64,000 nucleotides of DNA from Magnetospirillum sp. (GCA_027532905.1 JAPZUA010000001.1:147565-211564); one strand, 5' to 3'; positions 40,569 to 50,892 are shown, counted from the first letter of the stretch. Notes: generated by a model not told the origin, from the sequence alone. Numbers and translations are program-made.

Positions 40569-42445
40569 GCAGCACCTCGCAGTCGCTTGAGCGCCCCGCC
40601 GAGCCCGTGCGGGAAGGCAAGTACGAGCGCCAGAATCGCGAGACCGAGGATCGCGCGCCAATACTGCGTGTTGCGCGCGATCTCGTCCTGCAGCCACGTG
40701 AAGACGGCCGCCCCCAAGACGGGGCCGGTCAAAGTCTGCACCCCGCCCAGCAGCACCATCGCCAACCCATCGACAGAGCGCGCCACACCGAGCGTTTCCG
40801 GCGAGATGCTGCCTTTGGCAAACGCGAACAGCCCGCCCGCAAGCCCTGCGAAAGCACCGGAAAGCGCAAAGGCGAGCCACTGCACGCGACGCGTGTCGAT
40901 GCCGATCGCCTCGGCGCGCATCGGCTGGTCGCGCGCGGCGCGCAAGGCAAGGCCGAAGGGGGCATGCACCGTGCGCCACAAAAAGAAGATGCCGGCCGCA
41001 CACAGCGTCAACGTAGCCCAGAAATAGAGCGTGCGATCTTTGAGCGCACCTGCGGGCCACAGGCCGATGAGGCCGTTCGACCCGCCGGTCGCATCGTTCC
41101 ATTGGAACACGACCGACCAGGCGATCTGCGCAAACGCGAGCGTGAGCATCGCCAAATAAACCCCGCTAAGGCGCACGCAAAACCAGCCAAACAGTAGGGC
41201 GGCAACCCCGCCCGCAAGCGGGGCTGCGAACAACGCCGCTTCGGCTGGCAGATCGAAGCGCAGGAAAACGAGGGCTGCCGCGTAGCTGCCGAGCCCGAAA
41301 TAGGCGGCATGGCCGAACGACACGAGCCCGCCCGGCCCCATCAGGAAATGCAAGGAAACGGCGAACAGGGCGAAGACCGCGATGTCGCCCATCAGCACCA
41401 GCAAATAGCGGTCGCCGCCGAGCGGGGCCAAGGCCAGGAGCACCAGAACGACCAGCGACGACGGCCAAAAGAGCGGCCCTGGCGGGTCGAGCGGGGCCGC
41501 ATGCGCCCCCGCCCCGCGTGCCAAGGCCAGCGGCTTGCCAAGCAGACCCCAGGGGCGCAAGACGAGGACCGCCGCCATGATCGCGAATTCGACAACGAGC
41601 GTGAGTTTGCTGAACGACACGACCGTGCCGAACATCGATACGTCGCCAAGGGCGATGCACAAGGCTTTGGCTTGCGCAATCAGCAGCGCCGCCAGAAAAG
41701 CACCGCCGATCGAGCCCATGCCGCCGACCACGACGACGACGAACGCATCCGAGATTACGGCGATGTCGAGCGACAATTGGGCGGGTTCGCGCGGGATCTG
41801 CAACGCCCCGCCGAGCCCGGCCAGAAACGCGCCCAAGAAAAACACCGAGGTGAACAGGCGCCGCTCGTCGGTGCCGAGGGCCGCCAGCATCTCGCGGTCT
41901 TGCGTGGCCGCGCGCACGAACATGCCGTAGCGCGTGCGGTGCAGGAGCAGCCACAGCAAACCAAAGACAAGCGGGCCGGCCGCGATCATCAGGAGTTCGT
42001 ATTCGGGAAAACGGCGGCCGAAGATTTCGACCGCACCGCGCAAGCCCGGAGCGCGCGGCCCCAGCAGTTCCTCGGCCCCCCAGAAATACAGCACGGCGTC
42101 TTTGATGATCAGGACCAGCGCAAACGTTGCGAGCAGCTGGAACAGTTCGGGCGCTTTGTAGATGCGCCGCAGAACGACAATCTCGATGGCGGCCCCGATG
42201 GCGCCGACGCACAAGGCGGCCGCCAGCACCCCGCCCCAGAATCCGAGCAGCGTGCTGCGCCCGAAAAGATCGATCAGGCTCCAGGCGAGATAGAGCCCGA
42301 GCATGAACAAGGCGCCGTGCGCGAAATTGACAATGCGCGTGACGCCGAAGATCAGCGACAGCCCCGCCGCCACCAGAAACAGCGACGAAGCGCCCGCCAA
42401 CCCGTTCAGAAACTGGATCAGGATGTCGGCGAAAATATCCGACAC
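40565..42445 (-). CDS. fused LivH-LivM branched-chain amino acid ABC permease (626 aa)
   Basis: Two consecutive BPD-type permease modules in a single ORF. Confidence 0.75.
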   Translation of the reverse strand: MSDIFADILIQFLNGLAGASSLFLVAAGLSLIFGVTRIVNFAHGALFMLGLYLAWSLIDLFGRSTLLGFWGGVLAAALCVGAIGAAIEIVVLRRIYKAPELFQLLATFALVLIIKDAVLYFWGAEELLGPRAPGLRGAVEIFGRRFPEYELLMIAAGPLVFGLLWLLLHRTRYGMFVRAATQDREMLAALGTDERRLFTSVFFLGAFLAGLGGALQIPREPAQLSLDIAVISDAFVVVVVGGMGSIGGAFLAALLIAQAKALCIALGDVSMFGTVVSFSKLTLVVEFAIMAAVLVLRPWGLLGKPLALARGAGAHAAPLDPPGPLFWPSSLVVLVLLALAPLGGDRYLLVLMGDIAVFALFAVSLHFLMGPGGLVSFGHAAYFGLGSYAAALVFLRFDLPAEAALFAAPLAGGVAALLFGWFCVRLSGVYLAMLTLAFAQIAWSVVFQWNDATGGSNGLIGLWPAGALKDRTLYFWATLTLCAAGIFFLWRTVHAPFGLALRAARDQPMRAEAIGIDTRRVQWLAFALSGAFAGLAGGLFAFAKGSISPETLGVARSVDGLAMVLLGGVQTLTGPVLGAAVFTWLQDEIARNTQYWRAILGLAILALVLAFPHGLGGALKRLRGAA

Positions 42446-42457
42446 GAAGCGATGGTC

Positions 42458-43666
42458 CTATTCGGGCGGGCGCAGGCTGCGGACCTCGGCGTCCGGCGGC
42501 AAATAATCGGCCCCGTCCGCGTAGCGCCAATCGGTCATGACGCCCTTGCCGTTGCGAAGGCCGATGCGGCCCACATAGGCACCCATCGTCGATTGATGGT
42601 CGAGCGGCCGGTAGACGATGCGCCCGAACGGCGTGCTGTGCGACAAACCCTTCATCGCGTCGACGATTTTTTCGGGCTCGAGCGAGCCCGCTTTGCGGAT
42701 CGCCTCGGCCGCACCGATCACGGCCGCATAACCAACGACCGAACCGAGGCGCGGATAGTCGCGGAACTTCGCCTGATAGGCCGCCAAAAACCGGTCGTGC
42801 TCGGGCGTTTTGATGTCCTGCCACGGATAGCCGGTCACGTACCAACCGACGGGCGCTTCGTCGAGCAGCGGGTCGAGATATTCGGGCTCGCCCGCCAGCA
42901 GGTTGAAGACCTCGACATTGCGGAACAAGCCGCGCGTGGTGCCCTCGCGCACGAAGCGCGACAAATCGGGCCCGAACAGCGACGAGAAAATCGCCTCTGG
43001 CCGGGCAGCCTGCAAGGCGGCCGCGACCGGACCCGCTTCGATGCGGCCCAGCGGCGTTGCCTGTTCGGCAACGAACTCGATATTCGGCTGGCGCGCCTGC
43101 ATGAGCTTCTTGAACGCAGCCGTCGCCGACTGGCCGTATTCGTAGTTCGGATAGACGATGGCCCAGCGGCGCTTGGCCACGCGCACGGCATCGGGGACAA
43201 GCATCGCGGTCTGCATGTAGGTCGAAGCGCGCAGACGGAACGTGTAGCGGTTGCCCTGCTCCCACACAATCTTGTCGGAAAGCGGCTCGGACGCCAAGAA
43301 CGGCACTTTGCGTTCCTTGGCAAAACTCGACACGGCAAGTCCCACGTTCGACGCGAACGTGCCCATCAGCATCGACACGCGCTCGCGCGCCAAAAGCTCT
43401 TCGGCCACGCGCACCGCGTCGCCGGGCTGGCCGTTGTCGTCGCGCACCACGATCTCGATCGGCCGGCCCAGAGCGCCGCCGCTTGCGTTGATCTCGTCGA
43501 CCGCGAGATCCATGCCCTTTTTGTAGGGCTCGAGGAAGGCCGCGAAGACTTTGTACGAGTTGAGCTCGCCGATGCGAATCGGCTCGCGCGCTTGTGCCAT
43601 CGCACGGGGCGCGGCCAGGGCTGCAGCGGCAGCTCCACCGATTTTCAGCACATGCCTGCGATCCAT
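42458..43666 (-). CDS. Leu/Ile/Val-binding protein family SBP (Tat/Sec signal)
   Basis: MDRRHVLKIGGAAAAALAAPRAMA signal and a periplasmic-binding-protein type I fold. AAGGAG RBS. Confidence 0.75.
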   Translation of the reverse strand: MDRRHVLKIGGAAAAALAAPRAMAQAREPIRIGELNSYKVFAAFLEPYKKGMDLAVDEINASGGALGRPIEIVVRDDNGQPGDAVRVAEELLARERVSMLMGTFASNVGLAVSSFAKERKVPFLASEPLSDKIVWEQGNRYTFRLRASTYMQTAMLVPDAVRVAKRRWAIVYPNYEYGQSATAAFKKLMQARQPNIEFVAEQATPLGRIEAGPVAAALQAARPEAIFSSLFGPDLSRFVREGTTRGLFRNVEVFNLLAGEPEYLDPLLDEAPVGWYVTGYPWQDIKTPEHDRFLAAYQAKFRDYPRLGSVVGYAAVIGAAEAIRKAGSLEPEKIVDAMKGLSHSTPFGRIVYRPLDHQSTMGAYVGRIGLRNGKGVMTDWRYADGADYLPPDAEVRSLRPPE

Positions 43667-43733
43667 CGCGTCGTCTCCTTCGGCGGAAATCATTGCGGCC
43701 GATTATGGCCCGATTATGGCTCAGATCGCCGCG

Positions 43734-45191
43734 CTATTCGACGACTGCTTCGGCTTCCATTTCAACCGCATAAGGGCCGACCAAGCGCCCGATCTCGAGC
43801 AGCGTGTTGGCCGGGCGGACGGCACCGAACACGCGCCCGTGCACGCGCGACACTGCCTCCCAGTCGTCGGCATCGGCCAGATACACGCGCGTGCGCACCA
43901 CGTCGTCGATCGAAGCCCCAAGCGCTTCGAGCGACGCTGCGATCTTGTCGAGAATATAGACGGCCTGGCCTTCGGCATCGCCGGGGCACACGGCCATGCC
44001 CGTTCCGTGCGTGGCGGTCGTCCCGCTCACGAACACACGCTGGCCCTCGCGCACCGCGCGCGAATAGCCCGCAATGGGTTCCCACTGGCTGCCGCTGTCC
44101 ACGCGCCAGCGCGCGGTGCGCCCCGGAACGGGCTGGGCTTCGTAGATTTTCGGCAACGAGTCGAGATGGTGGCTCAAATCGCCCGAGGCGGTCAGGAACG
44201 GCGGCTTGCGATATTCGTCGCCGCAATCGCCCGGAATGGGCGACGCGGTCGCCAACGCCGCATCGAGCCTCGCGCGGTCTTCTGCGTCGAACGAAAACGC
44301 AAACGTGCCGAGATTGGCCGTGCGATGCTCGCGCTCGCCGGGCCGCGACCCAACGATGGCAGCCGCCACGGCTTCATGGTCGAGCACCCAGCGCGTGGCC
44401 ACATTGGCGACCGACACGCTGTGGCGCTTGGCGATTGCGGATGCGGCGCCAAGGATTGTCTGCAGCACCGCCCAGCCGCCCGCCGCATCGATAAAGCGTT
44501 TGTATTTGGACTTGCTCCAGTCCGGAATGTCGACGGGCTCGGGCTGGCCGACCCAACGGTCGGTCAAGAAGCCGCCCGCAAGCGTGCCGTAAGCGAGCAG
44601 CTTGACGCCGTGCGCGTTGCAGAACGCGCTCATGCGGCCCGCCGCACGCCGGTCGAGCAGCGAGAACGACACTTGGTTCGTCGCGATCGGAATGCCGTGC
44701 TTGACCAAGAGCCGCAGATGGTCGGTATCGAAATTGGTGAGGCCGAGGGCGCCGATGCGCCCCTCGCCTACCATCTTCGCCATCTCTGCAAGCGCATCGA
44801 GATAGGCTGGATGGCGATACTGCCACCAATGGAACTGCATGAGATCGATGCGCGCGAGCCCCAGACGCTCGAAGCTGCGCCCCACGCCTTCGCGCACGAT
44901 CTCAGCATTCATCGGCCCCGGCGGCGGGCACCATTTGGTGAAAGCGCGCGCTTTGCCGCGCCACGGCCCTGCGAGCAGCCGACCGACGATGATCTCCGCA
45001 CTGCCGTAATGGTCGGCCATGTCGAACGCATCGAACCCGGCCGCCGCGTACTCTGCAAGAGATGCGGCGGCCACATCGGGATCGAGCGCCCCGCGATCGC
45101 GCTCCATGTCGGCGACCTGCCACAGGCCGGTCAGCAGGCGCGGGATCGCGAGCCCGGGTGCGAGTTCGATGCGCGGCGGAACAGCCGCCAT
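43734..45191 (-). CDS. aldo/keto reductase fused to C-terminal RidA (YjgF/endoribonuclease L-PSP) domain
   Basis: AKR core (paralogous to 46997-48046) continues without a stop into a RidA-like domain of about 130 aa. Confidence 0.65.
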   Translation of the reverse strand: MAAVPPRIELAPGLAIPRLLTGLWQVADMERDRGALDPDVAAASLAEYAAAGFDAFDMADHYGSAEIIVGRLLAGPWRGKARAFTKWCPPPGPMNAEIVREGVGRSFERLGLARIDLMQFHWWQYRHPAYLDALAEMAKMVGEGRIGALGLTNFDTDHLRLLVKHGIPIATNQVSFSLLDRRAAGRMSAFCNAHGVKLLAYGTLAGGFLTDRWVGQPEPVDIPDWSKSKYKRFIDAAGGWAVLQTILGAASAIAKRHSVSVANVATRWVLDHEAVAAAIVGSRPGEREHRTANLGTFAFSFDAEDRARLDAALATASPIPGDCGDEYRKPPFLTASGDLSHHLDSLPKIYEAQPVPGRTARWRVDSGSQWEPIAGYSRAVREGQRVFVSGTTATHGTGMAVCPGDAEGQAVYILDKIAASLEALGASIDDVVRTRVYLADADDWEAVSRVHGRVFGAVRPANTLLEIGRLVGPYAVEMEAEAVVE

Positions 45192-45216
45192 TGCGAAGAC
45201 CCTTGTGCGGCCCGCG

Positions 45217-46491
45217 TCAGCGCGGCGGCAGACGGCGCTGCACGTCCTGCACTTCGTTCGTCGACATTTCGCCGACCGTGACGATGTTGCCGTCCGTGAT
45301 GCGCCACTTGCGGAACGGACCCGTGATGTCGCCGTTCGCATCGAACGTGACCGGGCCGATCACGCCGACATACGAGATGCGCTTGCCTTCGCGCAGCAGC
45401 TGCAGGCCGCGGCGGAACTCGGCCGCACCGGCATGGATCGGCTCGCCGCCCGGGCCCGTCACTTCGCGGATCGCGTCGCGGATGGCGGCGGATTCCGCAC
45501 GGCCGGCTTTGGCGATGGCAAGGCCCAGAATGGCGGCGGCATCGTAAGCGCGGTCGGCGGCCGGCGCGTTCGCGTCGAACCCGCCCGACATGGCAGGGTA
45601 CGCGGTCGCGAAATACTCGGTCGACGGCGTGCGCACCGTGCCCGACGAGGTGCCGAACGCGTTGTTGAGGAAGCGCGGGCCAACGTCGCGGATGAAATCG
45701 GCACTGTTCATGCCGTCGTTGAGCAGGAAGGTCTGCGCCCCGCCCTGCTGCAGCCACGTGCGCGCGATCGTCGTGCCGTCGCCGGGATACGAGACGAGAT
45801 AGAGGGCGGGCGGATTGCCGCGCATCGCAGCCGTCACTTCGGGCGCGTAGGAGGGCTGGCTCGGATTGTAGGGCACGGTGTTCGTGATCTTGCCGCCGAG
45901 GGCTTCGAAGGCGCGGCGGAATTCGTTCACCATGTTGACGCCGAAATCGTTGTTCACATGGATGATGGCGAGTTCCTTGAGGCCCTGGTCCATCGCGTAT
46001 TTCGCGGCGGCCGTTCCCTGCAGCGCGTCCGACGTGATCGTTCGGAAAAACACGCCCTTGGACGTGCCCTCGGCCGACAGGCGCGTGAGCGTGGGCGAGG
46101 ACGATGCGGGCGAAATCTGCACGATGCCGGCAGGTGCGGTCACCGACGTCAGCACCGGGATCGACACTGACGAGATGATGCCGCCGAGGATTGCGGGCAC
46201 GCGGCGAAGATCGACCAACTGGCGCGCCTGGTCGACTGCGACCGAACCCTGGCTCTGCGCATCGCGCAGATCGATCGCCAGACGGCAGCCGGCAACGCCG
46301 CCTGCCGTGTTGAGATCGTTGAACGCAAGTTCAGCCGATTTGGATGCCGCCTGGCCGAAACGCCCGGCCGGCCCCGTCAGCGACACGACCATGCCGATCG
46401 TGTGGGTGCAGCCCTGCGCCAGAACGGGTGCGGGCTGGAATTGAGCAGCAGCGGCAACGGCAGCAACGGCGATCAGCGAAGCAAAGCGCAC
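45217..46491 (-). CDS. ABC substrate-binding protein, branched-chain amino acid/amide (LivK) family
   Basis: Signal peptide RFASLIAVAAVAAAAQ. The GTG start at 46491 is inferred; the ORF is open up to 46569. Confidence 0.6.
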   Translation of the reverse strand: MRFASLIAVAAVAAAAQFQPAPVLAQGCTHTIGMVVSLTGPAGRFGQAASKSAELAFNDLNTAGGVAGCRLAIDLRDAQSQGSVAVDQARQLVDLRRVPAILGGIISSVSIPVLTSVTAPAGIVQISPASSSPTLTRLSAEGTSKGVFFRTITSDALQGTAAAKYAMDQGLKELAIIHVNNDFGVNMVNEFRRAFEALGGKITNTVPYNPSQPSYAPEVTAAMRGNPPALYLVSYPGDGTTIARTWLQQGGAQTFLLNDGMNSADFIRDVGPRFLNNAFGTSSGTVRTPSTEYFATAYPAMSGGFDANAPAADRAYDAAAILGLAIAKAGRAESAAIRDAIREVTGPGGEPIHAGAAEFRRGLQLLREGKRISYVGVIGPVTFDANGDITGPFRKWRITDGNIVTVGEMSTNEVQDVQRRLPPR

Positions 46492-46583
46492 GGCTTGGAT
46501 CCTTTCGGAGGGGGGCGGTCGGGAGACATTAATTGCGCACAGTTTGGTAGGGGAATTCCGATTTGGCAAGCGGGTTCAGGCGC

Positions 46584-47000
46584 TCAACCCGCAATCCATG
46601 TCTCGTGCACGGCGAGCCAGCGCAGGCCATTGGGCGCAGCTTGGACCGGGCGGAACACGGCACTCGCGCGGCGCTGCAACGGACCGGGGCGGCCGGTCTG
46701 GATTTCGTCGTAGCCGACGCAGATGAAATCCGCCCCGTGCGCCAATGGTACAGCGGCTTCGATCGCGATGCCAAAACCGGCGCCGAAGGCGGCACGGTTT
46801 GCGTTCAGCATTGCGAGCACACCCGCGCGGTCGAGGCGTTTGCCGGCGGGGCCGACCATCGTGAATTCAGGCGCGAACGCCGATTCGAAACGCGCGAAGA
46901 GTTCGGGGCCGCCACCCAGCCCCATCCACGCCGCAAAAGCCGCGTGCAGTTCTTCGATCTCGCGCAAAGCGGCGGCGAAAGAAGGAACCGCGTCGGTCAT
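46584..47000 (-). CDS. SnoaL/NTF2-like small protein (DUF4440-like)
   Basis: 138 aa. ATGA overlap with the upstream AKR stop. Confidence 0.45.
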   Translation of the reverse strand: MTDAVPSFAAALREIEELHAAFAAWMGLGGGPELFARFESAFAPEFTMVGPAGKRLDRAGVLAMLNANRAAFGAGFGIAIEAAVPLAHGADFICVGYDEIQTGRPGPLQRRASAVFRPVQAAPNGLRWLAVHETWIAG

Positions 47001-48046
47001 GGCTTGTTCAGATTGTATTTCATGATGCGGCCGTGGCGGCCCTCCTTGTCGCGCTCGAGCGTGTAGGTGTCGCCGAGCGGCCCTCGACGGCGGGCGAGCA
47101 CCGCGTCGATCCGGGCACGGTCTTGCGCGTCGAGCGCAAAGGCGAACATACCCAGATTGTCGGCCAGGTGCGCTGCATAGCGGGCACCGACGATGATGCC
47201 GGCCACGTGCGGGCGGTCGAGCGTCCAGCGACCGGCCACGCACGAGAGCGACACGCCGTGCTTGTCGCCGATCGCCTGGCAGACCGCGAGCAGTTCCTGG
47301 AACAGATCCCAGCCGCCGAAATCGTCGATCACGAGCTTGTATTTGACGAGGCTGCGATTGTGCGAAAGATCGCTCGGCTCCGGTTTGCCGAGCCAAGCTT
47401 TCGAGAGAAAACCGCCCGCAAGCGTGCCGTAGCACAGGAGCTTCATGCCCGTGCGGGCGCACAGGCCCGCAAGGGCGGTCTCGGGGCGCGCGTCGAGAAG
47501 CGAATACTGCACTTGCATCGAGGCGAGCTTCACGCCCGCATCGAACATCGCTTGCGTGTGCGGCGTGTCGAAATTGGTCGCCCCGACCTGGTCGATCTTG
47601 CCTTCGCGCGCGAGATCGGCCAGCACGCAGGCGATCTCGGCATGGCGCGGTACTGCGTAGTTCCACCAATGGAACTGCACGAGATCGAGCCGCGCGGCAC
47701 CCAAGCGCTTGAGCGACCGCTCCACGATCGCGCGCGCATAAGCGGCGTCGCAGGTCGCAAGATCGTCCCAATCGGGCACAAATTTTGTGTGGACTTTGAG
47801 GCCTGCGAGGGCGGCGGCCCCTCGGGCTTGCAGCAGGCGGCGGCGGAATTCGCCGATGAGTTCTTCCACGCCCGTATAGATGTCCGCACAGTCGAAGACC
47901 GTTACGCCCGCATCGACGAACGCGAACATGTCGTCGACCGCGCGCGCCGCATCGACCGGGCCGTGGCCGCCCGCAAGCTGCCAGCCGCCGCGCAGCAGGC
48001 GCGAAATTTCGTAGCCTGGGGCGAGGCTGAAGCGTTCGACCGTCAT
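46997..48046 (-). CDS. aldo/keto reductase (paralog of the AKR-RidA gene)
   Basis: MTVERFSLAPGYEISRLLRGGWQLAGGHG..., ATNFDTPH, YGTLAGGFL. Confidence 0.75.
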   Translation of the reverse strand: MTVERFSLAPGYEISRLLRGGWQLAGGHGPVDAARAVDDMFAFVDAGVTVFDCADIYTGVEELIGEFRRRLLQARGAAALAGLKVHTKFVPDWDDLATCDAAYARAIVERSLKRLGAARLDLVQFHWWNYAVPRHAEIACVLADLAREGKIDQVGATNFDTPHTQAMFDAGVKLASMQVQYSLLDARPETALAGLCARTGMKLLCYGTLAGGFLSKAWLGKPEPSDLSHNRSLVKYKLVIDDFGGWDLFQELLAVCQAIGDKHGVSLSCVAGRWTLDRPHVAGIIVGARYAAHLADNLGMFAFALDAQDRARIDAVLARRRGPLGDTYTLERDKEGRHGRIMKYNLNKP

Positions 48047-48378
48047 GGCCGTTTCACGGCCGTCGTTGCGGCATGGCTGAAGCGGCGCTTCTCGCCCCGC
48101 TTGATGCGAAAACGCGTCGTGCAGTTGGGATCGGGGCAGGCGACTTCCGCGTCGGTCGTCATCCAATCGTTGGGATGCGTGGGGCGTTGTTTGGCCGCCA
48201 GCAGCGGCAGCAAGGCGCCCAGCGAATAGATCGAAAAACCCTGGCCCGGCGGCAGATGCAGCATCTCGCCGCGCAGCTCGAAATGATCGCCCGGTTTGGC
48301 GCCGCAATAGACGGCCCCGCCCTCGGGCGCCACGACCTCGACGCGCAGATCGTAAAGCTCGAAATTGTCGTCGCTCAA
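48043..48378 (-). CDS. small conserved Cys-containing protein (TIGR04076-like?)
   Basis: DDNFELYDLRVEV...CGAKPGDHFEL...THPNDWMTTDAEVACPDPNC. TTG start at 48378 with GGGGA RBS. An alternative ATG at 48441 would leave only 41 bp to the divergent livG. Confidence 0.4.
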   Translation of the reverse strand: MSDDNFELYDLRVEVVAPEGGAVYCGAKPGDHFELRGEMLHLPPGQGFSIYSLGALLPLLAAKQRPTHPNDWMTTDAEVACPDPNCTTRFRIKRGEKRRFSHAATTAVKRP

Positions 48379-48482
48379 ACGCCGATCCCCATGTTGCGAT
48401 GGCTTGCGGATGCGCGTTCCTTCATGCTCTATTTTCGCCATGCGCGCAACGCCCCCACATAAGCGCGCACATCTCGGGATCC

Positions 48483-49241
48483 ATGCTGCAAATACGCGAC
48501 CTTGCCAAACGCTTCGGCGGCAACCGCGCCGTCGACGGCGTCTCGTTCGACGTGCCCAAGGGTGCCATCGCCGGCCTCATCGGCCCGAACGGGGCCGGCA
48601 AAACCACGTTGTTCAACTGCGTGGCCGGGCTCTATCGGCCCGATGCCGGCGCGATAACGCTCGACGGCAACCGCATCGACGGCAAGCGGCCGTCGCTTGT
48701 GCATGCGGCAGGGCTAGGGCGCACCTTCCAGATCCCGCGCCCGTTTCCGGCCATGAGCGTGCTCGAAAACGTGCTGGTGGGGGTACCCGGCCAGAGCGGC
48801 GAGCGTTTCTGGGCCAACTGGTTTGCACCCGCACGCGTCGCTTCCGACGAAGCCAAGGCCCGCGAGACCGCGCGCGCCTGGATCGATTTCGTGGGCCTGA
48901 GCGCCCTCGAACAGGCCCCTGCCCGCGTGCTCTCGGGCGGGCAGCGCAAATTGCTGGAACTGGCGCGTGCGATGGTCGCCGACCCGCGCTTGGTGCTGCT
49001 CGACGAGCCGGCCGCCGGCGTCAATCCCGCCTTGCTCGAGAAGATCATCGACCGCATCGCCGAGATCAACCGGCGCGGGACGAGCTTCCTGATCGTCGAA
49101 CACAATATGGATATGGTCATGCGCCTGTGCCATCCGATCGCGGTGATGGCGCAGGGCAAGCTCATCGCGTTCGGCGACGCGGATTCCGTGCGCCGCAATC
49201 CGACCGTGGTCGAAGCCTATCTCGGCGGTGCCGTCGCATGA
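48483..49241 (+). CDS. livG: branched-chain amino acid ABC transporter ATP-binding protein
   Basis: Second Liv system, translationally coupled through ATGA overlaps. Confidence 0.8.
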   Translation: MLQIRDLAKRFGGNRAVDGVSFDVPKGAIAGLIGPNGAGKTTLFNCVAGLYRPDAGAITLDGNRIDGKRPSLVHAAGLGRTFQIPRPFPAMSVLENVLVGVPGQSGERFWANWFAPARVASDEAKARETARAWIDFVGLSALEQAPARVLSGGQRKLLELARAMVADPRLVLLDEPAAGVNPALLEKIIDRIAEINRRGTSFLIVEHNMDMVMRLCHPIAVMAQGKLIAFGDADSVRRNPTVVEAYLGGAVA

Positions 49242-49966
49242 GCGTCGCCCTCGAAATCTCCGACCTCGAAGCGGGCTACGAGCCGGGCCTTGCGATCGTG
49301 CGGGGTGCTTCGCTTGGCGTTGCGGCGGGCGAGATCGTGGCGTTGCTCGGACCCAATGGGGCGGGCAAATCCACGCTCGCCAAAGCGGTCGCGGGCCTCG
49401 TACCGATTTTTTCGGGCAGCGTGAGGCTTGGCGGTGCGGAGATCGCGGGCACGGCGGCGCATTTGTTGGCGCGTGCGGGCTTGGGCTTCGTGCCGCAGAC
49501 GGAAAACGTGTTCGCACCGCTCACGGTCGCCGAAAATCTCGAACTTGCAGCGGCCGTGGCGCACGTGAAAGCCAAGCAGCGCTTGCCCGAGCTTTACGCG
49601 CTGTTTCCGGATCTCGCCAAAGCGCGCCGCATCGATGCCGGGCGGCTCTCGGGCGGCCAGCGTCAGATGCTGGCGATGGCGCGCGCCCTCGTGCCCAACC
49701 CGCGCGTGCTGATCCTCGACGAGCCGTCGGCGGGCCTGTCGCCGAAGCTCGTCGATCACGCCTTTGCCAAACTCGTCGAAATCGCGGCATCGGGTGTGGC
49801 CGTGCTGCTCGTCGAGCAGAACGTCAAAGCCGCACTTGCGATCGCAGCACGCGGCGCGGTGCTGGTCGAAGGCCGCGTGCATGTCGATGCCCCCGCGCGC
49901 GACCTGCAAGTGCCGGGCGTGCTCGAGCGTTTGTTCTTCCCGCATGCCGAGGTGGGCGCACCATGA
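49238..49966 (+). CDS. livF: branched-chain amino acid ABC transporter ATP-binding protein
   Basis: Second Liv system, translationally coupled through ATGA overlaps. Confidence 0.8.
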   Translation: MSVALEISDLEAGYEPGLAIVRGASLGVAAGEIVALLGPNGAGKSTLAKAVAGLVPIFSGSVRLGGAEIAGTAAHLLARAGLGFVPQTENVFAPLTVAENLELAAAVAHVKAKQRLPELYALFPDLAKARRIDAGRLSGGQRQMLAMARALVPNPRVLILDEPSAGLSPKLVDHAFAKLVEIAASGVAVLLVEQNVKAALAIAARGAVLVEGRVHVDAPARDLQVPGVLERLFFPHAEVGAP

Positions 49967-50892
49967 TCCTGCAGATCCTCGCAGACGGCCTCATCGTCGG
50001 CTCGACGATTGCGCTCGGCGCCATCGGTCTCACCATGACCTATTCGCTGCTGCGCTTCGCCAACTTCGCGCATGGCGAATTCATCGCGTGGGGGGCGTAT
50101 CTGGTTTTGACGTTCCTCGGCTTTTTCCTCGCACTCGGCGGCGGCGGGGCGATGGCGCCATTGGGGCCGTTCTCGTTCGGCTGGCAATTGCTGGCGGCAC
50201 TCGTTGCGGGGGCGATCGCGACGGCACTCCTCGCCCTCCTGCTCGACTGGCTGCTGTTCGACCGGTTGTCGACGCAGGGCAGCGCCATCGTGCTAACGAT
50301 CGCGAGCTTCGGTGCCGCGCTGGCGCTGCGGAACTTTCTGCAGTTCGTCTACGGCTCGCTGCCCGCCTATTACACGCGCGAACTGCAGATCGCGATCCAT
50401 ATCGTGCCGCGCGATGTGGGCGGCGGCTTGCGCGCGACGCCCGACCAACTCTTCGTGCTGGGACTTGCCCTCGTGCTGGTCGTGGCCTTGCACCTGTTCT
50501 TGCAGCGCACGACGGCCGGGCGCGCGATGCGCGCGGTTGCGCACAATCCCGCTTTGGCGCGCGTGACCGGCATAGACGTTGCGAGCGTGGTGCGCTGGAC
50601 CTGGATTCTGGGTGCGATCCTTGCGGCGGTGGCCGGCACGTTTGCGGGCCTTGTAGGCCAGCTACGCCCGCAGATCGGTTTCGATCTGCTGCTGCCTTTG
50701 TTCGCGGCCGCCATTCTGGGCGGGATCGGCAGCGTGCCGGGTGCCGTGATCGGCGGGCTCATTGTGGGTCTCGCCGAAAGTGCCGCCGTTCCGCTGATCG
50801 GGGCCGAATACCGAGCAGCGGCCGCGTTCGGCGTGCTGATCGCGATTTTGCTCGTACGCCCGCAAGGTCTGTTTGCGGAGCGTGCGAAATGA
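49963..50892 (+). CDS. livH: branched-chain amino acid ABC permease
   Basis: Second Liv system, translationally coupled through ATGA overlaps. Confidence 0.8.
   Translation: MILQILADGLIVGSTIALGAIGLTMTYSLLRFANFAHGEFIAWGAYLVLTFLGFFLALGGGGAMAPLGPFSFGWQLLAALVAGAIATALLALLLDWLLFDRLSTQGSAIVLTIASFGAALALRNFLQFVYGSLPAYYTRELQIAIHIVPRDVGGGLRATPDQLFVLGLALVLVVALHLFLQRTTAGRAMRAVAHNPALARVTGIDVASVVRWTWILGAILAAVAGTFAGLVGQLRPQIGFDLLLPLFAAAILGGIGSVPGAVIGGLIVGLAESAAVPLIGAEYRAAAAFGVLIAILLVRPQGLFAERAK

Noticed and set aside
41309-44494. 1061-aa plus-strand ORF
   Set aside because: It is antisense to livHM, the binding-protein gene and the AKR-RidA gene. It is Arg/Ala/Gly-rich, low-complexity translation typical of GC-rich antisense frames, with no motifs.
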